From Oligoflexia bacterium (GTDB lineage: Bacteria > Bdellovibrionota_C > UBA2361 > SZUA-149 > DAOLCO01), in NCBI GenBank assembly GCA_035327825.1, contig DAOLCO010000031.1, forward strand, positions 1-46,757: 46,757 nt of DNA. Reading direction: 5' to 3'. Below the pieces are notes generated by a model. That model did not search any database and had not been told where the DNA came from. It saw only the letters and a list, made by a program, of their open reading frames with translations. Each line of letters starts with the position of its first letter. Position 1 is the stretch's first letter. Both the position numbers and the translations under genes were made by a program. Positions 9,837 to 20,200 of this stretch are shown piece after piece.

Positions 9837-11177
9837 ATGAGAGACAATAGTGTTCATGCCTCATTAGGTTTAGCTTCGCATACAGACTTTAGCGAATCTC
9901 AGGGGTCTGGGTATATAAATGAAAATAATGCAGATGGGGAAGAAATATCACTACTTGTGGTGTGTGGAGAGACATCAAGTGATGAACATACGGCTCCTGT
10001 TATTTCCTGGCTTACTGACAAAAAGCCAAATATAAAAGTTTATGGTATGGGGGGCGAGGCACTAAATAGTGCTGGAATGGATCTGCTCGTTGATGCCAGA
10101 GAAACTGCTTCTGTGATGGGTTTTACGGAGGTCTTTGGAAAGCTCAAGAGCCTTTTTGCTGCGTATAAAAAAATTTTACAGGAAGTTGATAAACGAAAGA
10201 CAAAAGTTGCCTTACTTGTTGATTTTCCGGATTTTAACCTGAGACTTGCCCGTCAATTAAAAGCTCGTGGAGTTATTGTTCTTTATTTTATAAGCCCTCA
10301 GTTATGGGCTTGGAGAAAGGGTCGTGTTTCGCAGGTAAAAAAGTACGTTGATAAAATGCTTCCGATTTTTCCTTTTGAGGAAGAGTTTTACAGGAAGGAA
10401 AATGTATCAGCTTCTTTTGTTGGGCATCCTTTTCTTGATAGAGCTCAATCACCCTTTTCACCTGTTGAATTTAAAAGCAGATTTTTGATACCTTCCGATA
10501 AAAGACTTGTTGCCTTGTTACCCGGAAGTAGGCATGCAGAAGTAAATAAGATATTTCCAGTAATGCTTAAAGCTGCTGAAGAATTTACACTAAAGTATCC
10601 TGAATCTGCTGTGCATTTTATTGTTCCTATGGCTGGTTCAGTAGTGAGTTTATTTGAAAACTACTTATCAAGCTCCTTGTCAATCACCTATATTCCCGGA
10701 CATGCCCGGGAAGTACTTATGATCAGTGATGCTGCAATTGTTGCCTCCGGAACTGCTACTGTAGAGGCTGCTTTGGCAGGACTTCCATTTTGTATTGTAT
10801 ATCGTGTATCACTTCTCACCTATGCAATTGGTAAGGCTCTTATAAGAGGGGTATCATCGGTCGGAATGCCTAACCTTATTATAGGATATCCTCTTGTTCA
10901 TGAATTTATTCAGGGTGATTGCACTTCATCAAACCTTACTGAGGAACTAAGAGCCCTTTTGTATGATTCTTCAAGGAGGCTTGAGCTTCTTGAAGGTCTT
11001 AAGGAAGTAAAGAAAAAGCTTGATAAGAAAATAGAGCGAAGTGCTAATAGCTCCGAAGAAGACATTTCCAGTGCTCGAAATTCGGTAGCTGAACGTGTTG
11101 GGAATGAACTACTTTCAGCATTTCAAATTTCCATTGATCATAAATATTCCAGGAAAGAAACTGAAGAGGTCTTGTGA
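9837..11177 (+). CDS. lpxB: Lipid-A-disaccharide synthase
   Basis: GETSSD, VMGFTEV, VDFPDFNL, SPQLWAWR, VGHP, LLPGSR, SGTATVE, PNLI motifs. Confidence 0.96.
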   Translation: MRDNSVHASLGLASHTDFSESQGSGYINENNADGEEISLLVVCGETSSDEHTAPVISWLTDKKPNIKVYGMGGEALNSAGMDLLVDARETASVMGFTEVFGKLKSLFAAYKKILQEVDKRKTKVALLVDFPDFNLRLARQLKARGVIVLYFISPQLWAWRKGRVSQVKKYVDKMLPIFPFEEEFYRKENVSASFVGHPFLDRAQSPFSPVEFKSRFLIPSDKRLVALLPGSRHAEVNKIFPVMLKAAEEFTLKYPESAVHFIVPMAGSVVSLFENYLSSSLSITYIPGHAREVLMISDAAIVASGTATVEAALAGLPFCIVYRVSLLTYAIGKALIRGVSSVGMPNLIIGYPLVHEFIQGDCTSSNLTEELRALLYDSSRRLELLEGLKEVKKKLDKKIERSANSSEEDISSARNSVAERVGNELLSAFQISIDHKYSRKETEEVL

Positions 11178-12979
11178 GCTCCAATAATCTATTGACACCT
11201 TCATCTTCTCCCGGCGGTATTCGCACTTACCGGCGTTTACTTGGGTATCTTCGTCCCTATCTTGCAGTTTTTCTTTTGGCCATTCTTGCCATGTCGATTT
11301 TTGGTGCTACTGATGGGGCTATACCATATTTACTAAAGATGATTCTTGATGATGTATTTGGATCTTCCAATAAGGATATGCTTAAAGTGCTTGTTGTGGT
11401 TTTGGTTGCATTTTCCTTTGTTCGTGGTTTGTTTGGATTTATGGAGAAATATCTTACAGCCAAAGTTGGTCATAGCATTGTTCGTGATCTAAGAAATGAA
11501 ATATTTGACAAGCTCTTAACTCTGTCCCCTTCGTTTTTTGAAAAAACAGCATCTGGTGGCTTGATTTCTCGTGTAACTAATGATGCACTTCTTGTTCGAA
11601 CAGCCCTTACGGATGCGGGCGCTTCACTTTTAAGAGATACAGTTCGTATTATCGCTCTTGTAAGTGTTGCCTTTTATCTTGATTCTACGCTTGCCTTGAT
11701 TGCCTTTTTTGGTTTTCCTCTGTGTATTTATCCAGTTATAAGATTTGGAAAGAAAGTCAAACGATTTAGCAGAAGTGGACAGGAGCAATTTGGTGATATA
11801 ACCGGAAGGCTTAGTGAAATAATTAATGGTCATAAAGTCATCAGGGTATTTAATCGTGAAAATTTCGAGAGAGAGAGATTTGGAGTCGAAAACTCATCCT
11901 TTACCCGGCTGGTACTGAAAGCTGAAAAGTATGGTGCACTTTCTGCTCCGACAAACGAAGTGTTTGCTTCGCTGGCAATTGCTGCAGTTATTGTCTATGG
12001 TGGTCTAAGTGTTATAAGTGGAGTCAGGACACAGGGTGATTTTATTGCTTTTATCACCTCGGTATTTCTTCTTTATGAACCATTTAAAAAATTAAGTCGT
12101 ATTAATGCAACTCTTCAGACAGGACTTGCGGCCGCAGATCGTATTTTTGAATTAATTGATACTCCTATTGAAGTTAAAGATTCTGGAATAAAGGAAATAT
12201 CTCTTCCAATATCAAAAATAGAATTTAGGGATGTACATTTCTTTTACAAGAACGGAAGAGATAAAAAGTCACCTGTGCTTCGAGGCATTAGCTTTGAAGT
12301 ATCAATGGGAAAAACTATAGCCCTGGTTGGAATGTCTGGAGCAGGAAAGTCAACTCTTGTTAATCTTATTCCCCGTTTTTATGATCCAGTAAGTGGGGTT
12401 ATTTCAATAAATGGTATTCCAATTGATGAGTACAGGCTTTCAAGTTTGAGAAGCGTAATATCAATGGTCAGCCAGCATGTGTTTTTGTTTAACGATTCTG
12501 TTTACCACAACATATCTTACGGTAGTGAAGGTGCTACCGAAGTGGATGTTAAAGAGGCTGCAAGGCGTGCTAATGCCCTGGAATTTATTGAGTCAATGCA
12601 GGATGGATTTCAAACTAATATCGGTGAGCAGGGTCTTAGGTTATCTGGTGGACAGAGGGCAAGGATATCTATTGCTCGAGCATTGTTAAAAGATGCTCCG
12701 ATTCTTATCCTTGATGAGGCCACTGCCAGTCTTGATAACGATTCAGAGGATCAGGTACAGAGAGCCATTGATGAATTAATGGTTGGAAGAACTACTTTTG
12801 TTATTGCTCACAGATTATCTACGGTACGCGCTGCAGATTCAATTCTCGTTATGAAGGATGGATTAATTGTAGAGCAGGGTTCTCATGAGGATCTGCTATC
12901 GAAGGATGGTGAGTACGCAAGATTATATTCAATTCAGTTTGGATTTGAAGATAGGATAGTCCAAAATGAATCTGTATAG
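11174..12979 (+). CDS. msbA: Lipid A export ABC transporter (permease/ATPase)
   Basis: N-terminal multi-helix membrane domain plus ATPase domain (GMSGAGKS, LSGGQ, ILDEAT, IAHRLST); lies between lpxB and waaA and overlaps both. Confidence 0.92.
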   Translation: MSSNNLLTPSSSPGGIRTYRRLLGYLRPYLAVFLLAILAMSIFGATDGAIPYLLKMILDDVFGSSNKDMLKVLVVVLVAFSFVRGLFGFMEKYLTAKVGHSIVRDLRNEIFDKLLTLSPSFFEKTASGGLISRVTNDALLVRTALTDAGASLLRDTVRIIALVSVAFYLDSTLALIAFFGFPLCIYPVIRFGKKVKRFSRSGQEQFGDITGRLSEIINGHKVIRVFNRENFERERFGVENSSFTRLVLKAEKYGALSAPTNEVFASLAIAAVIVYGGLSVISGVRTQGDFIAFITSVFLLYEPFKKLSRINATLQTGLAAADRIFELIDTPIEVKDSGIKEISLPISKIEFRDVHFFYKNGRDKKSPVLRGISFEVSMGKTIALVGMSGAGKSTLVNLIPRFYDPVSGVISINGIPIDEYRLSSLRSVISMVSQHVFLFNDSVYHNISYGSEGATEVDVKEAARRANALEFIESMQDGFQTNIGEQGLRLSGGQRARISIARALLKDAPILILDEATASLDNDSEDQVQRAIDELMVGRTTFVIAHRLSTVRAADSILVMKDGLIVEQGSHEDLLSKDGEYARLYSIQFGFEDRIVQNESV

Positions 12980-14267
12980 TTCATTTTTCAGGTTTTTATG
13001 TGGTGTTGTCGGTGAGGGCGCTGCTCTATATTCGAGTGGTCGGGGTTTACTTGATAAGAGTTGGGGTTCTTTTTTGCATGAAAGAAAAGCTGATTTTTTA
13101 TCCAGGTTGTCTGTAAGTAAAAATACCACTTCTCATATATGGATACATGCTGCTTCAGTTGGTGAAGTACGTGGAATTTTACCTTTGGTAAGGCAGATTG
13201 AAAAGGAATATCCAGATTTTCCCTTACTTCTCACTACTACTTCTGTGACTGGCAGAGCTACGGCAGCTGAATTATTCCCTGATGCCACAGTTTGTTTGGC
13301 ACCTCTTGATAATTCTAGATATATTGTGCGATTTCTTGATTATTTCAAGCCAAAAGTATGCATAATTAATGAAACAGAGATTTGGCCGAATATGTTAATT
13401 GAATGTAGCCGGACAAATGTTCCTGTTTATATTGTTAATGGTCGAATATCTGACAGTTCATGGCCAAGATACAGAACTTTTGGTTTTTTATTCAGACCAC
13501 TACTAAAGTTAATAAGTAAAATTTACGCTCAAAGTACTGTTGACAGGGATCGTTTCATTTATCTTGGCTCATCTCCCAAGTCTGTAGAGGTTCTTGGTTC
13601 TACTAAGTATGATTCGGGGAGCAATTCAGGAGAAAGCGAAAGAAAAGATAATTTGCAAAAATTCAGAAATTCAATTTCTTCATTATTTCTGTTCAGCTTT
13701 GGCAGTGTGCGGGAGGAGGAAGAGGAGATAGTTCTTGATTCCGTAAAACGCCTCCTTGAAGAAATACCTGATGTTTTTGTGGTTATTGCTCCAAGGCATC
13801 CAAGGCGATTTCAGCCATACACTGAACGATTTAAGCTTGAAAATATAGATTATACCCTTTGGAGTAGTGCAATTGGGGGAGAATTGGCTTTAGGCAAGGG
13901 TGTTCGTGTTATGTTTCTTGATACTTTGGGAGATCTTGGTTACTTATACTCATTGTCTGATGCTTCGTTTGTTGGTGGTACTTTAGCTCCACTTGGTGGG
14001 CATAATATTCTGGAGCCTGCGGAGTTTTCAGTTCCGGTGATTGTGGGTCCTTACACGGTAAATGTTCGTCCTGCCGAGGAGGCACTCAGGAATGCTGATG
14101 CATTTCTTCTGGCTAGAACAAGTGAGGAAATGGTTTCAGAGATTAAGAGATTATATTTAGATCCTTTGCATAGGGAAAAAATAGAGAAGGGAGTAAGAAT
14201 TGCCTGGGAAAACTCAATAGGCACTACTTCTAAATTGATGGAGCGGTTTAGACCGGTATTTAATTAA
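12966..14267 (+). CDS. waaA: 3-deoxy-D-manno-octulosonic acid (Kdo) transferase
   Basis: IWIHAASVGE, ETEIWPN, NGRISD, APRHP, DTLGDL, FVGGTL, GGHNILEPA. Confidence 0.95.
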   Translation: MNLYSSFFRFLCGVVGEGAALYSSGRGLLDKSWGSFLHERKADFLSRLSVSKNTTSHIWIHAASVGEVRGILPLVRQIEKEYPDFPLLLTTTSVTGRATAAELFPDATVCLAPLDNSRYIVRFLDYFKPKVCIINETEIWPNMLIECSRTNVPVYIVNGRISDSSWPRYRTFGFLFRPLLKLISKIYAQSTVDRDRFIYLGSSPKSVEVLGSTKYDSGSNSGESERKDNLQKFRNSISSLFLFSFGSVREEEEEIVLDSVKRLLEEIPDVFVVIAPRHPRRFQPYTERFKLENIDYTLWSSAIGGELALGKGVRVMFLDTLGDLGYLYSLSDASFVGGTLAPLGGHNILEPAEFSVPVIVGPYTVNVRPAEEALRNADAFLLARTSEEMVSEIKRLYLDPLHREKIEKGVRIAWENSIGTTSKLMERFRPVFN

Positions 14268-14298
14268 TACGGAAGACTAAGAAAGGGGAAAATGGATT

Positions 14299-14922
14299 AT
14301 GAAACTTGAGGTATTAAATATTTCGGGTAATAGGTCATTGTGTCTTGTGCTTCTTTCCTGTTTATCATTTATATTTACAAGTTCATGTTCTCCTGTTCAG
14401 GGCTACATCGGCCCCGAGCTTCCTAAAACTGAGATAGCCACTGTTTACTATACTAATTGTGATGGCAACCTTGTTTTGGTAAGGGCTGCTTCTGAGGGAG
14501 TCAGTTTTACATCAAGTGGAATAACATTGCTTCCTGGGGACAGGGTTTTTGATCTTTCAGTTGAGTTGCCCGGAAGACCGTTTGATTGTATTCCGCAGAC
14601 AAAAATTGATGAGTATGGTTATCAGGAGTGTATGAGGAGAAGAGCTGAGGCGGAGAGAAAAGGTGACCGGTATGTGCCGATTTGTTTGTTGTCAACTTAC
14701 ACAGAAACCGTTTATTGGTGTCAGCAAACATTTACCCAGTTTATATGTACCACTACTCAAAAGCTTGAAAAGGGAATGGACTATAACATTTGTGCTTATA
14801 GTCGTTCTAACGAAGTTTTTACCCGTTTTATGTCCCAGAAAGGCGGTACAACTCTTACGAATTTGCCGTGTGAGTCTACATCGGTTGATACAAGAAGGGT
14901 TGAGAGAAGTAGTGCATGGTGA
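14299..14922 (+). CDS. Cys-rich hypothetical lipoprotein
   Basis: 207 aa; hydrophobic N-terminus ending TSS-C (lipobox-like); 8 further Cys; purine-rich GGGGA upstream. Confidence 0.7.
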   Translation: MKLEVLNISGNRSLCLVLLSCLSFIFTSSCSPVQGYIGPELPKTEIATVYYTNCDGNLVLVRAASEGVSFTSSGITLLPGDRVFDLSVELPGRPFDCIPQTKIDEYGYQECMRRRAEAERKGDRYVPICLLSTYTETVYWCQQTFTQFICTTTQKLEKGMDYNICAYSRSNEVFTRFMSQKGGTTLTNLPCESTSVDTRRVERSSAW

Positions 14923-15192
14923 GGGCTTGAGGGATGTACTTGGTACTACCTTTAACATTAACGATTCAAGCAACTTGCTGGTATAGGTCGCACAGGTATC
15001 ATTAGTATAAGGATACAATTTTAAGTGCGTTAAATTTTTGTTTTATCCCTATGCTCTGAGTGTATTTGATTTAGGGCTACCCTCTTTCAAGTGCACATTC
15101 AATCTTAATCATTTTAGTAACTTACTGTCCAAGAAAGTTGGTGAAGATCAGTTCTCTAATTATCTGATATTCAAGACAGGACCCTTGCTGGA

Positions 15193-15221
15193 TTGACCTA
15201 TTGTCCGAATTCTCGTACAAT
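15193..15221 (+). promoter_or_regulatory. Sigma70 promoter with overlapping palindromic operator
   Basis: TTGACC (15193-15198), 17-nt spacer, TACAAT (15216-15221); inverted repeat TTGTnCGA-N4-TCGnACAA at 15201-15220. Confidence 0.72.
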
Positions 15222-15230
15222 ATTAGTCTA

Positions 15231-15611
15231 ATGAATGATAACCTGATAGCATTGCTCGGTAATTTTCGACCATTAAGAATACTAATAGTTCTAAGTTTTT
15301 TTAGAAATGGTCTTCATGTTCGAGAATTGGCTTCATTTGCAAATCTCTCGCCTTCCTCCGTGTCGGATACTCTTAAACTACTCGAAGAGCATAGGCTAAT
15401 TACGAAAACCAAACATGGTAATAAGATTTTCGTTACCTGCAATCTAAATGATGAAGAGAGAAAACTTATCAAGCTACTTGAAGAACAGAAACGAAAAAAA
15501 ATTTATCTGGCATCTTCCTTAGCGTTAACTAATAAAGCCATAGACTGTTTAAGGTGGAACACTGAGATGCTGAAGGTAATCAGAAAAGCTAAAAATAATG
15601 CAACAACTTGA
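15231..15611 (+). CDS. ArsR/MarR-like winged-HTH protein, putative antitoxin or autoregulator
   Basis: LHVRELASFANLSPSSVSDTLKLLEEHRLI helix-turn-helix followed by a wing; ATG 15231 chosen because the TTG at 15201 lies inside the promoter; overlaps the next gene. Confidence 0.75.
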   Translation: MNDNLIALLGNFRPLRILIVLSFFRNGLHVRELASFANLSPSSVSDTLKLLEEHRLITKTKHGNKIFVTCNLNDEERKLIKLLEEQKRKKIYLASSLALTNKAIDCLRWNTEMLKVIRKAKNNATT

Positions 15612-16197
15612 ATTATTAAAAAAAGTTATAGGTCAACTTGAGGACAGAAAAGTTGATTATATACTATGTGGTGGAATCGCAGCGAGTTTATATCGAGACA
15701 AACCAAGGCTAACTAATGATGTAGATTTAGCTATTTTTTATAAAAACTACGATGATAGTAAGGCCATAGCAAAGGAAATAATTGAAAGCATTGGAGCCAG
15801 GGCATCTTTAGGCTGGATACCGCAACTGAAAGAAAAATACATTAAAACAATGGCGCTGGTAATTGGACAGTTTGATTCTGAAAATTACGATGCGACAGTT
15901 GATATAATTTTACCCAATTTGCCCTGGGTAGAGAAAGCAATCAGTAACGGCAAGAATCATGTTATTGACTACGGTTTTGCTGGAATTCCTGTTATTACCG
16001 TTGACGATCTTATTATAGCAAAAATATTTGCACTGAATGTCGAACCTAACCGATTTCAGGATCTCGATGATCTAAAATCAATTTTTCTGTCTTCTGTTGA
16101 GTTAAATTTACCCTACATCAAGTCAGCTATGGTGAATTATGAAATCAATGTACCAGACACATTATGGGACTTTTGTCCTTCTTTACTGAAGAAGTGA
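15598..16197 (+). CDS. Nucleotidyltransferase (AbiEii/DUF6036-like), putative type IV toxin
   Basis: GGIAASLY..PRLTNDVD (GG...RxTxDxD) and C-terminal LIIAK...RFQDLDDL motifs. Confidence 0.78.
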   Translation: MQQLELLKKVIGQLEDRKVDYILCGGIAASLYRDKPRLTNDVDLAIFYKNYDDSKAIAKEIIESIGARASLGWIPQLKEKYIKTMALVIGQFDSENYDATVDIILPNLPWVEKAISNGKNHVIDYGFAGIPVITVDDLIIAKIFALNVEPNRFQDLDDLKSIFLSSVELNLPYIKSAMVNYEINVPDTLWDFCPSLLKK

Positions 16198-16404
16198 TAA
16201 AGCAACAAGATCAAAATACAAAAACTCATTTTATATTCCAGTATTTTTGAGTAGTTAAAATAGGTTGTTCTGATTCTAGAAGAAGTATAGACAATAATCT
16301 AAAGTTTTTATAATTTGATATAGGATTATAACGATAAAGTGCCTATGGATCGAGCTCTCTTAACCCGCATTATTCATGAACATGGTGCTGCGAGAGGCTA
16401 TTGC

Positions 16405-16701
16405 TTATTTTTTCTGGCCCTCAGAAAACCTTCTCCCCCATAATATTCCAATAAAAATACCTCCAGTCAGTGCCAGGATCAGGTAGGCGCCAAAGATGCT
16501 GGAGTAGGCAAGGTCTTTTACATGATGAACGTAAATGTCATAACCGATCAGACCCTTTTCATCGGGTTCTTTAAGATTGATATGACAGGTTGAACTCTTT
16601 GGTCTGTTTGTTAATACCCTTGGTTCCACTCCACATGCTGCACCTGAAACTTCTAAGGCAGCTTTTACTTTGTCAGGGTTAAATGTCCATATATCTGGCA
16701 T
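16405..16701 (-). CDS. Small hypothetical membrane protein
   Basis: 98 aa ORF with two Cys and one C-terminal hydrophobic helix followed by basic residues; no competing ORF in the track. Confidence 0.55.
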   Translation of the reverse strand: MPDIWTFNPDKVKAALEVSGAACGVEPRVLTNRPKSSTCHINLKEPDEKGLIGYDIYVHHVKDLAYSSIFGAYLILALTGGIFIGILWGRRFSEGQKK

Positions 16702-16849
16702 ATAAAGATAGGGTTATATTGTTACCAGATCACTTTATGAGCTTTCATGGTAAATTGCGATACGTAATTTTAATTGCAACGAAATACTTATAACCTCTCA
16801 TTACCAGTTGAAATTCTTTCAATAGTAACTTTATTTTCAGGTATTAATT

Positions 16850-17104
16850 ATGCTGGTTAATGATTTAAAAAGAACAATGTTCAGTTTGCAGGCTTCTGGT
16901 ATTCAGGTTGAATTCCATGAACTTCTAGGTATTGTCCTTGAATCAGCCGATGAGATCAGGAATATGAGTGGTTTTCCTGATGAAACCTGGTTTATTGATA
17001 AACTTGCAGAGGAAGATTTGCCCAAACTTGATTTACCAAAGATCGCCAAAAAAGAACCTAAGACCCTTAGTCCCGTGATCCTAGCTGAACCTAAGCGACT
17101 ATAA
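16850..17104 (+). CDS. Hypothetical protein
   Basis: 84 aa ATG-started ORF with AGGT upstream and plausible composition. Confidence 0.55.
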   Translation: MLVNDLKRTMFSLQASGIQVEFHELLGIVLESADEIRNMSGFPDETWFIDKLAEEDLPKLDLPKIAKKEPKTLSPVILAEPKRL

Positions 17105-17257
17105 ATTATGTTAAATCTCCCCACCCCGGGATACTTTCGTCTTTATTATCACATGTTAAGTACTTAAAGCCATAACATATTGTAACATAGTATAAATTTA
17201 TCCTCTGAGGCCTTGATTCTAAGGTGGTAGAGGTCTGTATGTGGTGGTTGACTTTCT

Positions 17258-20200
17258 ATGGAACCAGCAGTTGATCCAAGATATTACCAGGGAAGAGGTT
17301 CGGCCGTTCCCGCATCTCCGGGAGTTGATCCCAAGTTAAAGCTTGGAATTGATGAAAGACGAATTGAGAGTAATGGTTACAGTGCATTCAAAAATAATGA
17401 TGGTTCTATTAGTATTGAAATTCCTAACAGAGAAAATTCTGTTTCAGTCGGATATGTAAGAAAAAATGGTAGTTACAGTAATCCGTCAAGTGATACCCAA
17501 ATTCGAAGGAACAATGGCTTTGACCGATTGGTGAGTATTTTTCAGTCTGGGACATATAAGCTAGACGTTTCTTACGAAAATAATGGTTCCACAACTATTA
17601 AGGTAAAACCGGATAATTCACTTCAGGCTATTAAAATAAATCTTGGCGGAAAGGTTTATTATATTGAGCTTGATAAGGTAGGAAGTAGTAGTAGCACCAA
17701 GGGTAATAGTGAGCCACAACCTGTTGCAGCGAGAGTTGTCCCTAATGAAGTCGCAACTTCGGTATCCCAACCTGTTTCAAGTCAAGCACCTGCTAATCCT
17801 TCACCTGTATCGGATGCTCGACCTTCGCCTTTAGTCATGCCACCCGTTGCACAAAATACGACTGCCAAGGGACAGGAACAAATTTCAGAAAGTGCTTCCG
17901 GAAGCGTAGCACCACAGGCGGTAATGCTTGCTTCAGCCAGAATAGCAAAATTAATTGATACTTCTCAAAGAAATGGCCCAAGTCAAGGAGCTTCAAGAGC
18001 AGAAAGACAGGCTAAAATTCAGGAATACAAAAGTGCAGTTAGTGCATCAAAGAGTGTTTCTGGAGCGGATTTGGCGGAAAATAATTTAAAACAGCTTTCC
18101 GAAAATGAAAGAGAATTTCACAGAAATGTTTCAAAGGAAGAAAAGGCACTAATAAGAGAATCCGAAAAGCTCGCAAAGAAAAATCCAACTAGTCCAAGAC
18201 TGGCTGAAATTCAAAATAATCTCAGAGAACTTAGAGATCTAAGGACAGATCGGTTAATTGCTCAAGGAAAAATGGCAGAAATAATTTGCCAGGAAAAAGA
18301 TGCATCTGGACAACAAACCGCAAGAGCTAAAGAGGCAGGCAAATTTTTAAGAAAGAACGGTCAGAAAATAGTTGATGCTTATAATCATAAAGCTGATTTT
18401 ACTACCGATAGCGGAACAAAAGATAGTTTAAAAAGTGCTCGTAATAATTTTATTGATTCCGTAAAGGATAATACCGGAAAAGAACTAAAACAGGAGTCAG
18501 GAAAGCTGCGAAGTAAAATAAGCGGCGTTTTAAAGTGGGATCATAACGATGCGATCTCTGCGCTAAGAGATAGACAAAGCAAGAAAGCATGGGCGGGGAT
18601 GAGAGATGTTCCTGCTGATGAGATGGCATCAGACAGAAAAGGCTTAAAAAAACTTCAAAGGCTTGAAGATAGATATATCAGGCGAGAAGCCAGACTTGAA
18701 AATGGTGAAGCTAGTGGTAAGAAAGGAGATGCTTTAAAACTTGAAGAAATTCGAAGCCAGCGTCAGGAAATCACATTAAAGAGAGCCGAGGTTATAAGGC
18801 ACAAGCTGAATAATCCTGAGGGAATGTCTCAAAAGCAGATTCGCTCCCTTGAAAAAAGCCTTTACGAGGAGATGAAGCCAAGGTTAGAGAAAGCATACCA
18901 GGGTAAGCCCGAGCTTGCCGAATATACAAAAAAATCGAGCGAATATGAAGCAGCTAAAAGATCGGATGAATTAAGCAAGCCACGCTTATTAAGAAATCTT
19001 GATGTATCCAGAGCCGAGAAGGCTCTTGGCCGATGGGATCAGGCTTTAAAGAAAACGCCAGATTCGGAGTATTTAAAAGCCGAAAGAGCGCTAGCGGATC
19101 ATGATTTAAAAGTAGCAAAGCAAGAAGCAATTAAAGGAAATTCGGCTTCGAGTGCTACCGAAAAAGCTGCAGCAAATAAAGAGATTGATGTTTTAAGATC
19201 TAAACGAATTGGTTTGGTTGAGAATGTTCACCAGCACCTTGATCAAAAAATTACTGAAACTGTAGATGTTGCCGAGAAAGCAAAGCTCAGTCAAAGGTTA
19301 GTGAAGGTTGAAGCCTCTTATACAAAAGAGCTTCAACTATCTGGATCACATTCGCATGAAAAACTTGCGTCAATAATTGAAAAACAGCTTGAAACGCAGC
19401 GGGCTGAATTAGGTAAAGTTCAAGGTCAATTATCGACTGAAACTGATGCATCTGCAAAGTCTAAACTTGAAATTAAAGCAAAAAATATTGAGTTAAATAT
19501 TGCACGCCATGAAATGCATTTTGCAGAATCTCAGTTAAAAGCAATTCAGACTCAGCAGAGTGTTGTAAATGATGAGCTGGTTCGCCTTCGTGGTGAAATA
19601 AATAATCCTTCCAAACCACTTAGTGATAGTGATCGTCTATTAAAAGAAAAGCAGATTAAGGCCCTTGAATTATCTCAGCGAGAGCTTAACACCAGAAACG
19701 AGTACAATCAGGGAATCAAAAAATTAGCTTCGGATAAATTTGATTTGCTTAGGGCTTCAAAAGATCTTGGTGCTCTTGAGCAAAAAATTATAGGAATGCA
19801 GGATGGCGCTGCTAAGATTGCTGTGCAGAAACAGATTGACGATCTTAAAATCAAAAAAGAAAATCTTGGTCAATCAATAAGTGAAACCAGATCTTCATTT
19901 AATAAGGTTTGGAGCGAGAGAATACAGCAGGGGCTTAGGCGTATAAGACCTGATTTTTTAACTCTTGACAGAGTTATGAAAGTTAGATTTCCGGGATCAG
20001 CTAACATTGAATCAAGACCTGGTTTTGCTCTTGCTGGAAGTTTTGCACTTACAGAATCTCTCGGAGCAGTTCTTAAGTCGGATGTAAGCCCTGAAGCCCG
20101 ACATAATATTCTTCCAGGCTTGGTTGCTGCTCTTAACGAAGATTTATATGAGCTTACAAGTTTTACAACAGCAGATTATGGACATGGAGTTGCGCGTTTT

